NCBI GenBank assembly: GCA_048617235.1
Contig: JBMCHT010000001.1
Location: forward strand, 54,043-118,042
Length of the DNA: 64,000 nucleotides
Direction: 5' to 3'
From: Patescibacteria group bacterium
GTDB taxonomy: Bacteria; Patescibacteriota; Minisyncoccia; Phycocordibacterales; XYD1-FULL-46-19
Of the stretch, positions 49,155 to 57,806 are shown piece after piece; the first letter of the stretch is position 1; each line of letters begins with the position of its first letter. A model generated the notes under the pieces. The model worked only from the letters and a program-made list of their open reading frames with translations, was not told the origin of the DNA and searched no databases. The translations under genes and the position numbers were made by a program.

Positions 49155-49385
49155 TTAAATAATTTTTAACAGTTTATTAGGGAGTCGTTGACCGGATATA
49201 ATAACCACTTTTTTCCCTTTAAAATATTTCGATACCACCTCAAGTAATCTGTGATTAGCTAATCCTTTTTCCGGTTTTATTTTAAGACATATTTCTAAGC
49301 GACCATCGGCTAAAACCCGAATAACCTCTTTTTTACAATCAGTTTTAACTTTTACTCGAATATAACCATTTTCATCCATAATCAT
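49155..49385 (-). CDS. DUF167/YggU-like protein
   Basis: IRVKVK, PEKGLAN and IISG...NK motifs. Confidence 0.75.
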   Translation of the reverse strand: MIMDENGYIRVKVKTDCKKEVIRVLADGRLEICLKIKPEKGLANHRLLEVVSKYFKGKKVVIISGQRLPNKLLKII

Positions 49386-49411
49386 ATTATTTTATGTTAT
49401 AATAATACATC

Positions 49412-50392
49412 ATGACAGACAATTTTTATAATAATTTTATAGCTGAATTAAAAAGTTGGTCTCAACAATTAAAATGGCAACCAGACATTGAATTACCTAC
49501 CCTAGCCGAAAATCTTCCTATTGTTGTTGCCGGTATGGGCGGTTCCGGTTTACCCGGTCGCATCCTTAAAACTTATAGCCAAAAACAAATAATTAATCAT
49601 CATAATTATGGTTTACCTCAAAATATAACCAAGGCTACTTTAGTCGCTATTTCCTATTCCGGCAATACCACAGAAACTATAGATGCTCTAAAAACCGCTC
49701 TCAAAGCCAATTGGCCGGTTGTAGTTATAACCGGTGGTGGCCAATTAAAACAATTAGCTATCGATTATAATCTTCCACTGATAGAAATTCCCCCGATAGT
49801 TTCTCAACCTCGACTGGCTTTACCAATAGTAACCAAAATCTTGGCTCATATCTTATTAGAAACAAATATTATTCAAGAAATAGAAAAGACCGCTAATCAG
49901 TTAGCTTTTGATTCTTTAACAAGCATTGCTCAAGCTATGGCTCAAAATACCCAAAATAATTGGCCGGTTATTTTAACCACCGCTGAATACGCTACCTTAG
50001 CCTATATTTGGAAAATTTCCATTAATGAAAATGCCAAAAGACCGGCTTTAATTTCCATTATTCCGGAAATGAATCACAATGAAATTGAAGGTCTCTTAAA
50101 TAACAAGCAAGAGATTTCTCTAATCGCCCTCACCGCTTCCCAGAAAAACAATCATCCAAATCAAAAAAGATTAAATTTAACTTTAGAAATAGCCAAAGAT
50201 TTAAATCAAGTAACTTTTGTTTATGATTTACTTAACGAACAAATTAATAATTTTTGGAATGGAACACTTTTAGGTAATCTTTATTCTCTGGAATTAGCTA
50301 AAATCAATGGAACTGATCCCTTAACTGTTCCCGTAATAGAAAAGTTCAAACAAAAGTTATCCTCTACAGATGACTTTACAAAAAAGATTTAA
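49412..50392 (+). CDS. Bifunctional phosphoglucose/phosphomannose isomerase (SIS family)
   Basis: GMGGSG, SYSGNTTET, NENAK and PEMNHNE motifs. Confidence 0.9.
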   Translation: MTDNFYNNFIAELKSWSQQLKWQPDIELPTLAENLPIVVAGMGGSGLPGRILKTYSQKQIINHHNYGLPQNITKATLVAISYSGNTTETIDALKTALKANWPVVVITGGGQLKQLAIDYNLPLIEIPPIVSQPRLALPIVTKILAHILLETNIIQEIEKTANQLAFDSLTSIAQAMAQNTQNNWPVILTTAEYATLAYIWKISINENAKRPALISIIPEMNHNEIEGLLNNKQEISLIALTASQKNNHPNQKRLNLTLEIAKDLNQVTFVYDLLNEQINNFWNGTLLGNLYSLELAKINGTDPLTVPVIEKFKQKLSSTDDFTKKI

Positions 50393-50473
50393 GTTATACC
50401 ATTATAAATGGAGAGAAAGTTATAGGAAGACTTTCTCAAGAAGGAAAGAAAAAGGAAGGAAGGAAGGGAAAAT

Positions 50474-50815
50474 ATGTCCGTAGTAGCCTCACACCCGCCG
50501 GCCGTTGAGCCGGCAAACGATCAAGTGGTACTGGAAGTCTCGGACTTCGCCTCGGGAAACCAGGTTGCCCGAAACCTCAAACTGGGCAACCGGTACGGGC
50601 GTCCGATGACTCAAGACGAGGTTCTGGAACAGAGCCTCGACCTCCTACAGGAGGGCGTCGCCATCCTCTGCCCGGGCCCCGGGCAGAAAAACTGCATCAT
50701 GATCTATACCGACGGTCGCGGCAACATTGTGGCCACGATCATTGAAGAGACGACCAGTTTCCCGGCCGGGGACTTCAAGGTCGCCTACATGGTGGCCGTC
50801 CCCAATAATTTCTAA
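50474..50815 (+). CDS. Orphan 113-aa protein in a GC-rich mini-unit
   Basis: GC-rich C-ending codons; purine-only leader ...AAGGAAGGAAGGAAGGGAAAAT; 5' hairpin GAGAAAGT/ACTTTCTC; own terminator. Confidence 0.75.
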   Translation: MSVVASHPPAVEPANDQVVLEVSDFASGNQVARNLKLGNRYGRPMTQDEVLEQSLDLLQEGVAILCPGPGQKNCIMIYTDGRGNIVATIIEETTSFPAGDFKVAYMVAVPNNF

Positions 50816-50832
50816 CCCCCCTTCCCACAACC

Positions 50833-50864
50833 ACCCCGCGCCAAACTTGGTGCGGGGTTCTCTT
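50833..50864 (+). terminator. Intrinsic terminator between the mini-unit and uppP
   Basis: ACCCCGCGCCA-AACT-TGGTGCGGGGT followed by TCTCTT. Confidence 0.75.
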
Positions 50865-51645
50865 ATACTAAACCTATCAATAATAACCAAATAAAAACAC
50901 CACCGAAAATAATACGGTAAAAACCAAAAGCAGTAAAACTAAATTGAGACAAAAAAGCCAGTAAACCTTTAATCGCTAAAATACCAATTAGAAAAGATAA
51001 AACAAAACCAAACAACAATAATTCTTTTTCTCCGCCTGAAAAATAAATTCCTTGTTTGAAAAGATCATAACCACTGGCAGCCAACATAGTCGGTACCGCT
51101 AACAAAAAAGAAAATTCTATAATGGTTTTACGAGATAAACCCAAATACAAACCACCTAAAATAGTGGCCGCTGATCGTGATACTCCCGGAATAAAAGCCA
51201 CCGTTTGGCAAAAACCTAAAAAAAGAGCCTGTTTAAAAGAAATTTTATCTAATTCTTCTATTAAATTGAAATCAGCTCGTTTATACCACCATTCAAAAGC
51301 AATTAAAACTATTCCACCTATAATTATTGCCCCACTAGCTAACCATAAATTAGTTAAAATATTACGCAAAACAGAATAAAATAAAAAACCAACCAAACCG
51401 GTAGGGATAAAAGCGATTATTACTTTCAATAAAATTTTAGGTTTAACCAATAAAGAATTAAAATATAAAACAATTACCGATAAAATAGTTCCTAGTTGGA
51501 TAACTATATCAAAACTGGTTTTAAAAACCGATTCTTCTATTTGTAATAAAGCCCCAATTAAAATCAAATGAGCGGTGGAAGAGATCGGCAAAAATTCTGT
51601 TATACCCTCAACTAAACTTAAAACCAAAGTAGACAACCAACTCAT
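50863..51645 (-). CDS. uppP: Undecaprenyl-diphosphatase
   Basis: VEGITEFLPISSTAH, IQLG, PGVSRSAAT and EFSFLL motifs. Confidence 0.96.
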   Translation of the reverse strand: MSWLSTLVLSLVEGITEFLPISSTAHLILIGALLQIEESVFKTSFDIVIQLGTILSVIVLYFNSLLVKPKILLKVIIAFIPTGLVGFLFYSVLRNILTNLWLASGAIIIGGIVLIAFEWWYKRADFNLIEELDKISFKQALFLGFCQTVAFIPGVSRSAATILGGLYLGLSRKTIIEFSFLLAVPTMLAASGYDLFKQGIYFSGGEKELLLFGFVLSFLIGILAIKGLLAFLSQFSFTAFGFYRIIFGGVFIWLLLIGLV

Positions 51646-51646
51646 A

Positions 51647-52849
51647 TTAATCAAAAATCAATTTAATAATTTTGTCATCTCCTTCTCTTATTTGACCACG
51701 ACCATCTCGATTAGAAGTAGAAACATATAAATAACCATCCGGCCCCACGGTAATCGCCCGCAACCGACCAAACTCTCCTTCCAATAATTTAAGATTATCA
51801 ACCACTCGATCTTCTTCATCTAACCATAAAATATATAAAGCCTGACCTCGAAGACCGGTATAAATTAAAGCTTTACCTTTTTCATTATCTAATTGAGGAT
51901 AAAATACTATTCCGGCCGGAGCCCAAGTCTCGGTCTGGCTACACCAAACAGGATTTGTTAATCTTTTATCTTCAGACAAGCATCGAGTTACCATTGGCCA
52001 ACCATAATTACCACCACTTATTATTTTATTAATTTCATCATGAGCCTGAGAGCCATGTTCGGTAATAAACAAAGAACCGGTTTCCGGCTGCCAAGCTAAA
52101 CCTTGAGGATTGCGGTGGCCAGCCGAATAGACCGGTAAACCAGTCCAAGGATTATCTTCGGGAATAGAACCGTCTGCTTTTATTTTTAAAATTTTACCGG
52201 CGGTTGCTTGAATATCTTGAGCTAGATTTGGCTGGCCGGCATCACCGGTTGTAAGCCACAAAAAACCATCCGGTCCAAAAGCTAAACGGCCACCATTATG
52301 AGTTAAACCACCAGCAATATTATTAATTATTATTTTTTCTTTTTCTAATCTGTTTTCTGTCTGATCAAACTCAAAAGCCGATACTCGATTATATATCTGT
52401 CCATCATGTCTGTAAGTAAAATATAAATACAATAAATTGTCTTCAATAAAATTCGGAGATAAAGCCATTCCTAATAATCCCCCTTCTCCTATTGCTTCTA
52501 TTTGAGGCAATCCCTCAATCGATGTAATTGAACCATCAGTAGAAATCAATTTTAAAGACCCTCTCCTCTCGGTCACCAACATTTCTCCATTAGGTAAAAA
52601 TTTTATTTCCCAAGGTATTTCCAGATTTTCAGCTACTATCTCTATTTGAGGAGTTATGGATTCTAAATCAGGCGAATTTTCCTCATTGTTTTCTTCTTCA
52701 GGTAGTAATTCCGTAATTTGATCTTCTTCACTTTCCACCTCATCTTCCAACATAGTCGGAGCATATATCATAGACCATAAACCAAAAAGAAGCCAAATTA
52801 GACCGGCTATTAAAAATATTAAAAACCACCATAAAACTTTTCTGTTCAT
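51647..52849 (-). CDS. PQQ-dependent sugar dehydrogenase family (GSDH beta-propeller), membrane-anchored
   Basis: GEGGLLG, HNGGRLAFGPDG, GHRNPQG, NYGWP and GRLR motifs. Confidence 0.9.
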   Translation of the reverse strand: MNRKVLWWFLIFLIAGLIWLLFGLWSMIYAPTMLEDEVESEEDQITELLPEEENNEENSPDLESITPQIEIVAENLEIPWEIKFLPNGEMLVTERRGSLKLISTDGSITSIEGLPQIEAIGEGGLLGMALSPNFIEDNLLYLYFTYRHDGQIYNRVSAFEFDQTENRLEKEKIIINNIAGGLTHNGGRLAFGPDGFLWLTTGDAGQPNLAQDIQATAGKILKIKADGSIPEDNPWTGLPVYSAGHRNPQGLAWQPETGSLFITEHGSQAHDEINKIISGGNYGWPMVTRCLSEDKRLTNPVWCSQTETWAPAGIVFYPQLDNEKGKALIYTGLRGQALYILWLDEEDRVVDNLKLLEGEFGRLRAITVGPDGYLYVSTSNRDGRGQIREGDDKIIKLIFD

Positions 52850-52898
52850 AAAGATATTGTAACTAATATAACCCTTAGGTTCAAATTAATAAATTTAT

Positions 52899-53387
52899 TT
52901 AAAAAAACCAAATTAAACCAAAAATCAAAAAAGTTTGAAAAACAGGTTTAGCCAAAAAAATATTTTCAGTTTTAATTAAAAAATGACAAAAATGATGAAA
53001 TCTGACAAAAATCTTCAAGAAACGATTAGGCCATAATGAATAAATAAAAAACAACCAATCAGGCACCACCGCTAAGACAGCTCCGATCATAATTAACCAC
53101 AAAGAATTGTGGCCGGAAGCTACAAAAAACCAAACTAAAATTAAACCGACAGAAAAATCAATTGCCATTTTTAAACAATCATAAAAAAACCATTTATCAA
53201 ATTTAAATTTTAAACCAACCTCTTCGGATTCTTGATTAACTTGAAGAGATTTTAATTTATAATCCCAATGAGGAATAGCATCTAACACAAAATGGCTAGC
53301 TAGAGCTCCGGCTATCGCCAATGGTGGCCAAGGTGATAAAACTGCAGCCGTTACTCCCCCGGCTACTGCATGAGAAGTCCAAATCAT
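52899..53387 (-). CDS. Membrane protein, possible metal-dependent hydrolase
   Basis: TSH, SHFVLDAIPH, PD and FHHFCH conserved-looking His/Asp residues. Confidence 0.6.
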   Translation of the reverse strand: MIWTSHAVAGGVTAAVLSPWPPLAIAGALASHFVLDAIPHWDYKLKSLQVNQESEEVGLKFKFDKWFFYDCLKMAIDFSVGLILVWFFVASGHNSLWLIMIGAVLAVVPDWLFFIYSLWPNRFLKIFVRFHHFCHFLIKTENIFLAKPVFQTFLIFGLIWFF

Positions 53388-54322
53388 AAACGACCGGCCG
53401 CACAGGCATTATAACGATTAAGAGTTTGATTATAAGAAGCTACGGTAGCAGCCGCAGCTCTAAATCTGTTTTCATATAGATCAATTAACTCCCTAGTTTG
53501 GTCAAAATCTTGTTTATTTTTAGATTCTTCTATTTGATTACTTAAATCATTCAAAATAGACTTATGATCATCTAAAATTGTCAAAATAGAATGATCCGGT
53601 GCCGGACAATCTCTTTTTTTAATACCATAGATAATTATTACTATATACTTATCACCATAAGGACTAATAGCTATCCCTGCTTCTTTATAACCTGAACCGG
53701 CTCCGGAATGAGATCGAGCCGCTTTATCCAATAATTCAGCCAAAAAAGCCGAAGATACAGGATCAGTTATGGCTATTTGTTCAGCTAAACCGGCATAATC
53801 ATAGCCGGTTAAATTTATAGCCTCTTTTATTTGATTTTCATTAAATAATAATGGTTTCCCTTCTATAATAGCTTGAACTCGCCGAGTAGCTACAAAATTT
53901 AAATTATCATTTAAACTTAAACTAAATAATCCCCTTGCTTGTCGTTTTTGATTTAAATAAGTAAAAACCAAACTTACTTCTGGTTTTACATCTTCGTTTA
54001 TTTCTTTTTCCTCATCAGTTAGCAAATCATTTTTTTCTACCTCAACCTCTGGGGCGGAATAATTCACAGAAGGAACTGAAGATATAATTTTATCTGAAGG
54101 TGATCCTAATTGCGGTAAATTAGCCGGAGACCAATTATTAATATCTGTTATTGATTGTCTATCTATAATCGGAGTGGGATTTATAATTTCTTCCTCTTCA
54201 ACTATAATTTCTTCAACATCATTACTTCTTTCCACCCCCAAAAACCAGACCGTTAACCAACCGCTAACCAAAACTATAGCCATAATCAATAAAACTTTAA
54301 TTAAAATGGAAAATTCTTTCAT
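53384..54322 (-). CDS. Membrane-anchored divergent CAP (SCP) domain protein
   Basis: LNQKRQARGL..L.LN..L..A..R and YKEAGIA motifs; C-terminal coiled coil bracketed by two Cys. Confidence 0.6.
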   Translation of the reverse strand: MKEFSILIKVLLIMAIVLVSGWLTVWFLGVERSNDVEEIIVEEEEIINPTPIIDRQSITDINNWSPANLPQLGSPSDKIISSVPSVNYSAPEVEVEKNDLLTDEEKEINEDVKPEVSLVFTYLNQKRQARGLFSLSLNDNLNFVATRRVQAIIEGKPLLFNENQIKEAINLTGYDYAGLAEQIAITDPVSSAFLAELLDKAARSHSGAGSGYKEAGIAISPYGDKYIVIIIYGIKKRDCPAPDHSILTILDDHKSILNDLSNQIEESKNKQDFDQTRELIDLYENRFRAAAATVASYNQTLNRYNACAAGRL

Positions 54323-55020
54323 AAAAATTTATTAGAAATAACAGTTCCTTTAAATTCCAAATTATTTAAATAATTATCTAATCGTTCTAAATGTTGACCA
54401 TTAATAATAATCACTTCCATATTTTCAGCTTGAGCCAATCTGGAAGCTTCCGGATCAAAAGGAGTAGATAATCCCGGATTCCAATCTTTGGGTATTAATT
54501 GTAAAAAATTAACCCAAGATATTTTGTCGTAAAATTCAGCTTCAATATTTTTTTGAGGATCTTCCTCATAAACATAATCTATATTAGATAAATTGATTAT
54601 TCTATCTGACCCTAAAGTTTTAGCTAAAGACACAGCACAATAATCAGTACTACGACCCGGTCGCCAACCGGCAGCCACCAATAAAGATTCCTCAAAAACA
54701 GGAAGAGCGGTTGGATTTTTAACCATCACCGGATGAGCTTCTTGATAAAAAATAGAGCGTAAAAGATGTCCATTCAAACGAGTCCCATGAATACCCAACC
54801 AATCCAAATCCTCAACCGATAAATCGGTTACCGCTTGACCGGCTTTTTGGTAACGCCTGGCAGTTTGACCACCACCGGTTATAAGCACAAATCGTCGACC
54901 TTTACTTATTTGTTCCAATAAAATATTTTTAAAAATTTTAAGAAAAGAAATATCAATATTATCAGGTACTATCAAAGACCCTCCGACTGATATAATAATT
55001 GGTTTTTCTTTTTTCATCAT
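54319..55020 (-). CDS. pyrH: UMP kinase (archaeal-type)
   Basis: ISVGGS, TGGGQTARRY, PGRSTD and PFDP motifs. Confidence 0.92.
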   Translation of the reverse strand: MMKKEKPIIISVGGSLIVPDNIDISFLKIFKNILLEQISKGRRFVLITGGGQTARRYQKAGQAVTDLSVEDLDWLGIHGTRLNGHLLRSIFYQEAHPVMVKNPTALPVFEESLLVAAGWRPGRSTDYCAVSLAKTLGSDRIINLSNIDYVYEEDPQKNIEAEFYDKISWVNFLQLIPKDWNPGLSTPFDPEASRLAQAENMEVIIINGQHLERLDNYLNNLEFKGTVISNKFL

Positions 55021-55069
55021 TAAAGAGTTTAGCAATAAAACTAAGATTAGCCAACATAAATTAAATATC

Positions 55070-55097
55070 TTGACTTTAACAATATTATATTTATACT
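55070..55097 (+). promoter_or_regulatory. sigma70 promoter divergent from pyrH
   Basis: TTGACT-16 nt-TATACT. Confidence 0.65.
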
Positions 55098-55103
55098 ACA
55101 TTA

Positions 55104-55321
55104 TAGATGGGAGAAGGTGGCCGATCTAAGGCAAAAACCAACACACAATTCAGTAAAAAAACGCCTTGGTATTAACCACCTTCTCCCCTTCCTTCTGCCT
55201 TTTAAAGATAAAGCGGGGTCGAGACGACCCAAATCCCACAAACAGCTGTGAGGCCTGTTTGATGAAAGATTAGCCGTTCTCGGCTCCGCCCCCAACCCCC
55301 GAATAACTCGGGGGTTTATTT
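55104..55321 (+). ncRNA. Candidate ~215-nt three-hairpin structured RNA
   Basis: GGGAGAAGGTGG/CCACCTTCTCCC 12-bp helix; GCGGGGTCGAGACG/CGTTCTCGGCTCCGC helix; terminator AACCCCCGA/TCGGGGGTT; only a 22-codon ORF. Confidence 0.6.
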
Positions 55322-55326
55322 ATAAA

Positions 55327-55752
55327 TTATTCTTCAGTTAGTTGAGTTACCGTTCCCACCTGATCAGCCGGAGTTAGACCTAATTCAAATACCACCCACT
55401 GCCAGGCTGAAAGATTATTTAATAAATTTTCCCGAAAATTATTAAAATTTATATTTTGACTTTCTCCTTCCACTAAAATAGTTATTTGAGGATCTTTAAC
55501 TAAAATTAAATCTTTAATACCTGCAAGATCTTCATTATTACCAACCCCTCCTTCTAAATAATCCACCGGATCAACCACTAAATGCCATTCACTTTCAGAT
55601 TCATAAATATCTCGAATAAAAACAGTCTCGTAATCAACAATAGCTTGATTAACTTGATTACCATTCTGCCACCACAGCCAACCAGTTACAGCTAAAATTA
55701 ACAATAAACCACCAACTATATATTTTATTTTAAAATTTTCTCTTTGTCTCAT
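55327..55752 (-). CDS. Hypothetical membrane-anchored protein
   Basis: N-terminal TM segment; TG-TAAAAT 7 nt before ATG. Confidence 0.65.
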   Translation of the reverse strand: MRQRENFKIKYIVGGLLLILAVTGWLWWQNGNQVNQAIVDYETVFIRDIYESESEWHLVVDPVDYLEGGVGNNEDLAGIKDLILVKDPQITILVEGESQNINFNNFRENLLNNLSAWQWVVFELGLTPADQVGTVTQLTEE

Positions 55753-55788
55753 AATCTTTATTTTAACATTTTATATTTTTTTAACCAA

Positions 55789-55833
55789 TTAAAAAACCCG
55801 GGGCTATCTCTTTTGCGAAATTACCCCGGGTGT
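55789..55833 (-). terminator. Intrinsic terminator of the two-gene mini-unit
   Basis: Minus strand reads ACCCGGGG...CCCCGGGT-TTTTT. Confidence 0.75.
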
Positions 55834-55836
55834 GTT

Positions 55837-56265
55837 TTAGCGAGTCAAAATTTTGTCCACGCAGGGAACAAGGTGAGGCAATTGAAGACAGATTGTATTC
55901 CGCAACTCAAATACCTCACCGGGGGTAGAAGTGTGTTTAAAAGCGCCTTGCAAGCAAAGCTTAATCATCACCTCGGCCAATCCCTGTAGTGACTGACTCT
56001 CAAAAATAAGACTATCAATCAGCTTAATAATCTTTATCAAGTCAGCCGGTTCTTTGGCCTGAAGTCGAGCTTGGCACAAGGCCCTTAAAGCCAAGAGGCC
56101 GTCAATCCGACTGAAGGCCCGGCCAACCTCCAACCACTGCCAACACGCCAGATCCTCAATCAAAAGACCTTGAAAAAAGCGCTGGGCTTTCTCCCTAGTT
56201 TTCGATTGAGAATTTTGATTGACATACTGATTAAAAAGCTTCAGCATCTGATTCAAATCAGCCAT
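55837..56265 (-). CDS. Orphan 142-aa helical protein (start MADLNQML)
   Basis: SD GAGGAGG 7 nt before ATG 56265; elevated GC; the upstream part of the 187-aa track ORF overlaps the zinc-finger gene. Confidence 0.7.
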   Translation of the reverse strand: MADLNQMLKLFNQYVNQNSQSKTREKAQRFFQGLLIEDLACWQWLEVGRAFSRIDGLLALRALCQARLQAKEPADLIKIIKLIDSLIFESQSLQGLAEVMIKLCLQGAFKHTSTPGEVFELRNTICLQLPHLVPCVDKILTR

Positions 56266-56266
56266 C

Positions 56267-56443
56267 TTAAGTCCTCCTCTTTTTGCCCTCCAAACATTTC
56301 GGACACAAGTACCGACGCTGTCCCCGCTTATCCTTTTTGACAACCAAAGCAAAGGCCTGAACCCTGTTCGACCAGCGACCGGATTGGCCACAAATATCAC
56401 AAACCTGATTGTCCGGCAAAGAATAATAGACAGATACCTTCAT
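56267..56443 (-). CDS. Orphan 58-aa basic zinc-finger protein
   Basis: MKVSVYYSLPDNQVCDICGQ...YLCPKCLEGKKRRT with two CxxC pairs; purine leader AGAAGGAAGAAGAAA. Confidence 0.7.
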   Translation of the reverse strand: MKVSVYYSLPDNQVCDICGQSGRWSNRVQAFALVVKKDKRGQRRYLCPKCLEGKKRRT

Positions 56444-56552
56444 TTTCTTCTTCCTTCTGTTAAAGACCCGAGTTTCTATTACAGCAAACAAGAAAAGTTA
56501 TTAAAAAGCAAGCCCTTGCCTCTTTGGGTAATATCGGGCAAAATATTAAGAT

Positions 56553-57806
56553 ATGAAACAAAACTGGTTTGAAAAATTTTATCAGCGTCATTTTGAAGAT
56601 TGGAGTAATATATCCGGATCCGAATTATTGAATTTTATTTTACCTAAAGCCGAAACTATCATTACTGAAAAAGAATTAACAGAAAAATTAAACTCCGGCA
56701 AAAAATTAAAAATTAAATTCGGCATTGATCCCACTGGAGCTCAAATACATTTAGGTCATGTAGTACCCATTATGCTTTTGCGCCAATTTTTAAGAGCCGG
56801 ACATGATATAGATTTTATTATAGGAGATTTTACCGCTCGTATCGGAGATCCGGCCGGTCGTACTACTGAAAGAGTACCTTTAACCTCAAATCAAATAGAT
56901 GACAATCAAAAAAATTACGAACAACAAATAGCTCGTTTTATAGATTTGGATAAAATCAGAGTCCATCGTAATTCTTCTTGGCTAACGCAAGTTTCTTTGG
57001 AAGATTTAATCAGTATTTTACAAACTGTTAGTGCTAAAGAGGCTCTCCAAAGAGATGACTTTCGTCAACGCCTGAAAAAAAATGAAGGTTTATCTTTAGC
57101 TGAGATAATTTATGGTGTTTTAATGGGTTTAGACTCTCTGGAGCTTAAAAACGATATCGAGGTCGGTGGAATTGATCAATTACTTAATTTTCAACAATGT
57201 CGAGAAGTAATGGCCGCTACCGGCCTAGAAAAAGAAACAGTCATTACCACTCCTTTAATAGAAGGTTTAGCCGGGGATGGTCAAAAAATGAGTAAAAGTT
57301 TAGATAATCATATCCCCTTAGAAGCCCCGGCAGATGAAAAATTCGGCTTAATTATGTCTGCCCCCGATAATTTAATTACTCAATATACTCGAAGCTGGGC
57401 AGATATTAATCAAGAAGAATTAACGGATTGGAATAATTTCATTTTAAGTGATCCCCTGGAAGCCAAAAAGCAATTAGCTAGTTATTTAGTAGCCATAGAA
57501 GCTAAAAATCCTGAGGCCGGCGTAACCGCTAGAGAAAATTTTGAAAGAAAATTCAGTCAAAAAGTTTTAAAAGAAGAAGATTACATTACCATTAAAACCG
57601 GAGACGGTACGACTATCTTCTCAGCTTTAGCCAATAGTGATCAATTTTCCAGCAACAACCAACTTCGACGACTTTTCCAAGAAACTGCTATTCGTCTTAT
57701 AACCGAAAATAATGAAGAAGAAATTTTAGAACCGGATTTTGTTATAACTAAAAATATTAATCTGCGAGCCGGTAAAACTCTTTTCTTGAAAATAAAAATT
57801 GATTAA
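56553..57806 (+). CDS. tyrS: Tyrosyl-tRNA synthetase
   Basis: KFGIDPTG..IHLGH, GDFTARIGDP, EVGGIDQ and KMSKS motifs. Confidence 0.95.
   Translation: MKQNWFEKFYQRHFEDWSNISGSELLNFILPKAETIITEKELTEKLNSGKKLKIKFGIDPTGAQIHLGHVVPIMLLRQFLRAGHDIDFIIGDFTARIGDPAGRTTERVPLTSNQIDDNQKNYEQQIARFIDLDKIRVHRNSSWLTQVSLEDLISILQTVSAKEALQRDDFRQRLKKNEGLSLAEIIYGVLMGLDSLELKNDIEVGGIDQLLNFQQCREVMAATGLEKETVITTPLIEGLAGDGQKMSKSLDNHIPLEAPADEKFGLIMSAPDNLITQYTRSWADINQEELTDWNNFILSDPLEAKKQLASYLVAIEAKNPEAGVTARENFERKFSQKVLKEEDYITIKTGDGTTIFSALANSDQFSSNNQLRRLFQETAIRLITENNEEEILEPDFVITKNINLRAGKTLFLKIKID

Noticed and set aside
50645-50890. 81-aa minus-strand ORF
   Set aside because: It crosses the terminator and is antisense to 50474..50815.
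55101-55295. 64-aa minus-strand ORF
   Set aside because: It has a TTG start inside the terminator region and no promoter or SD; it is antisense to the structured RNA.
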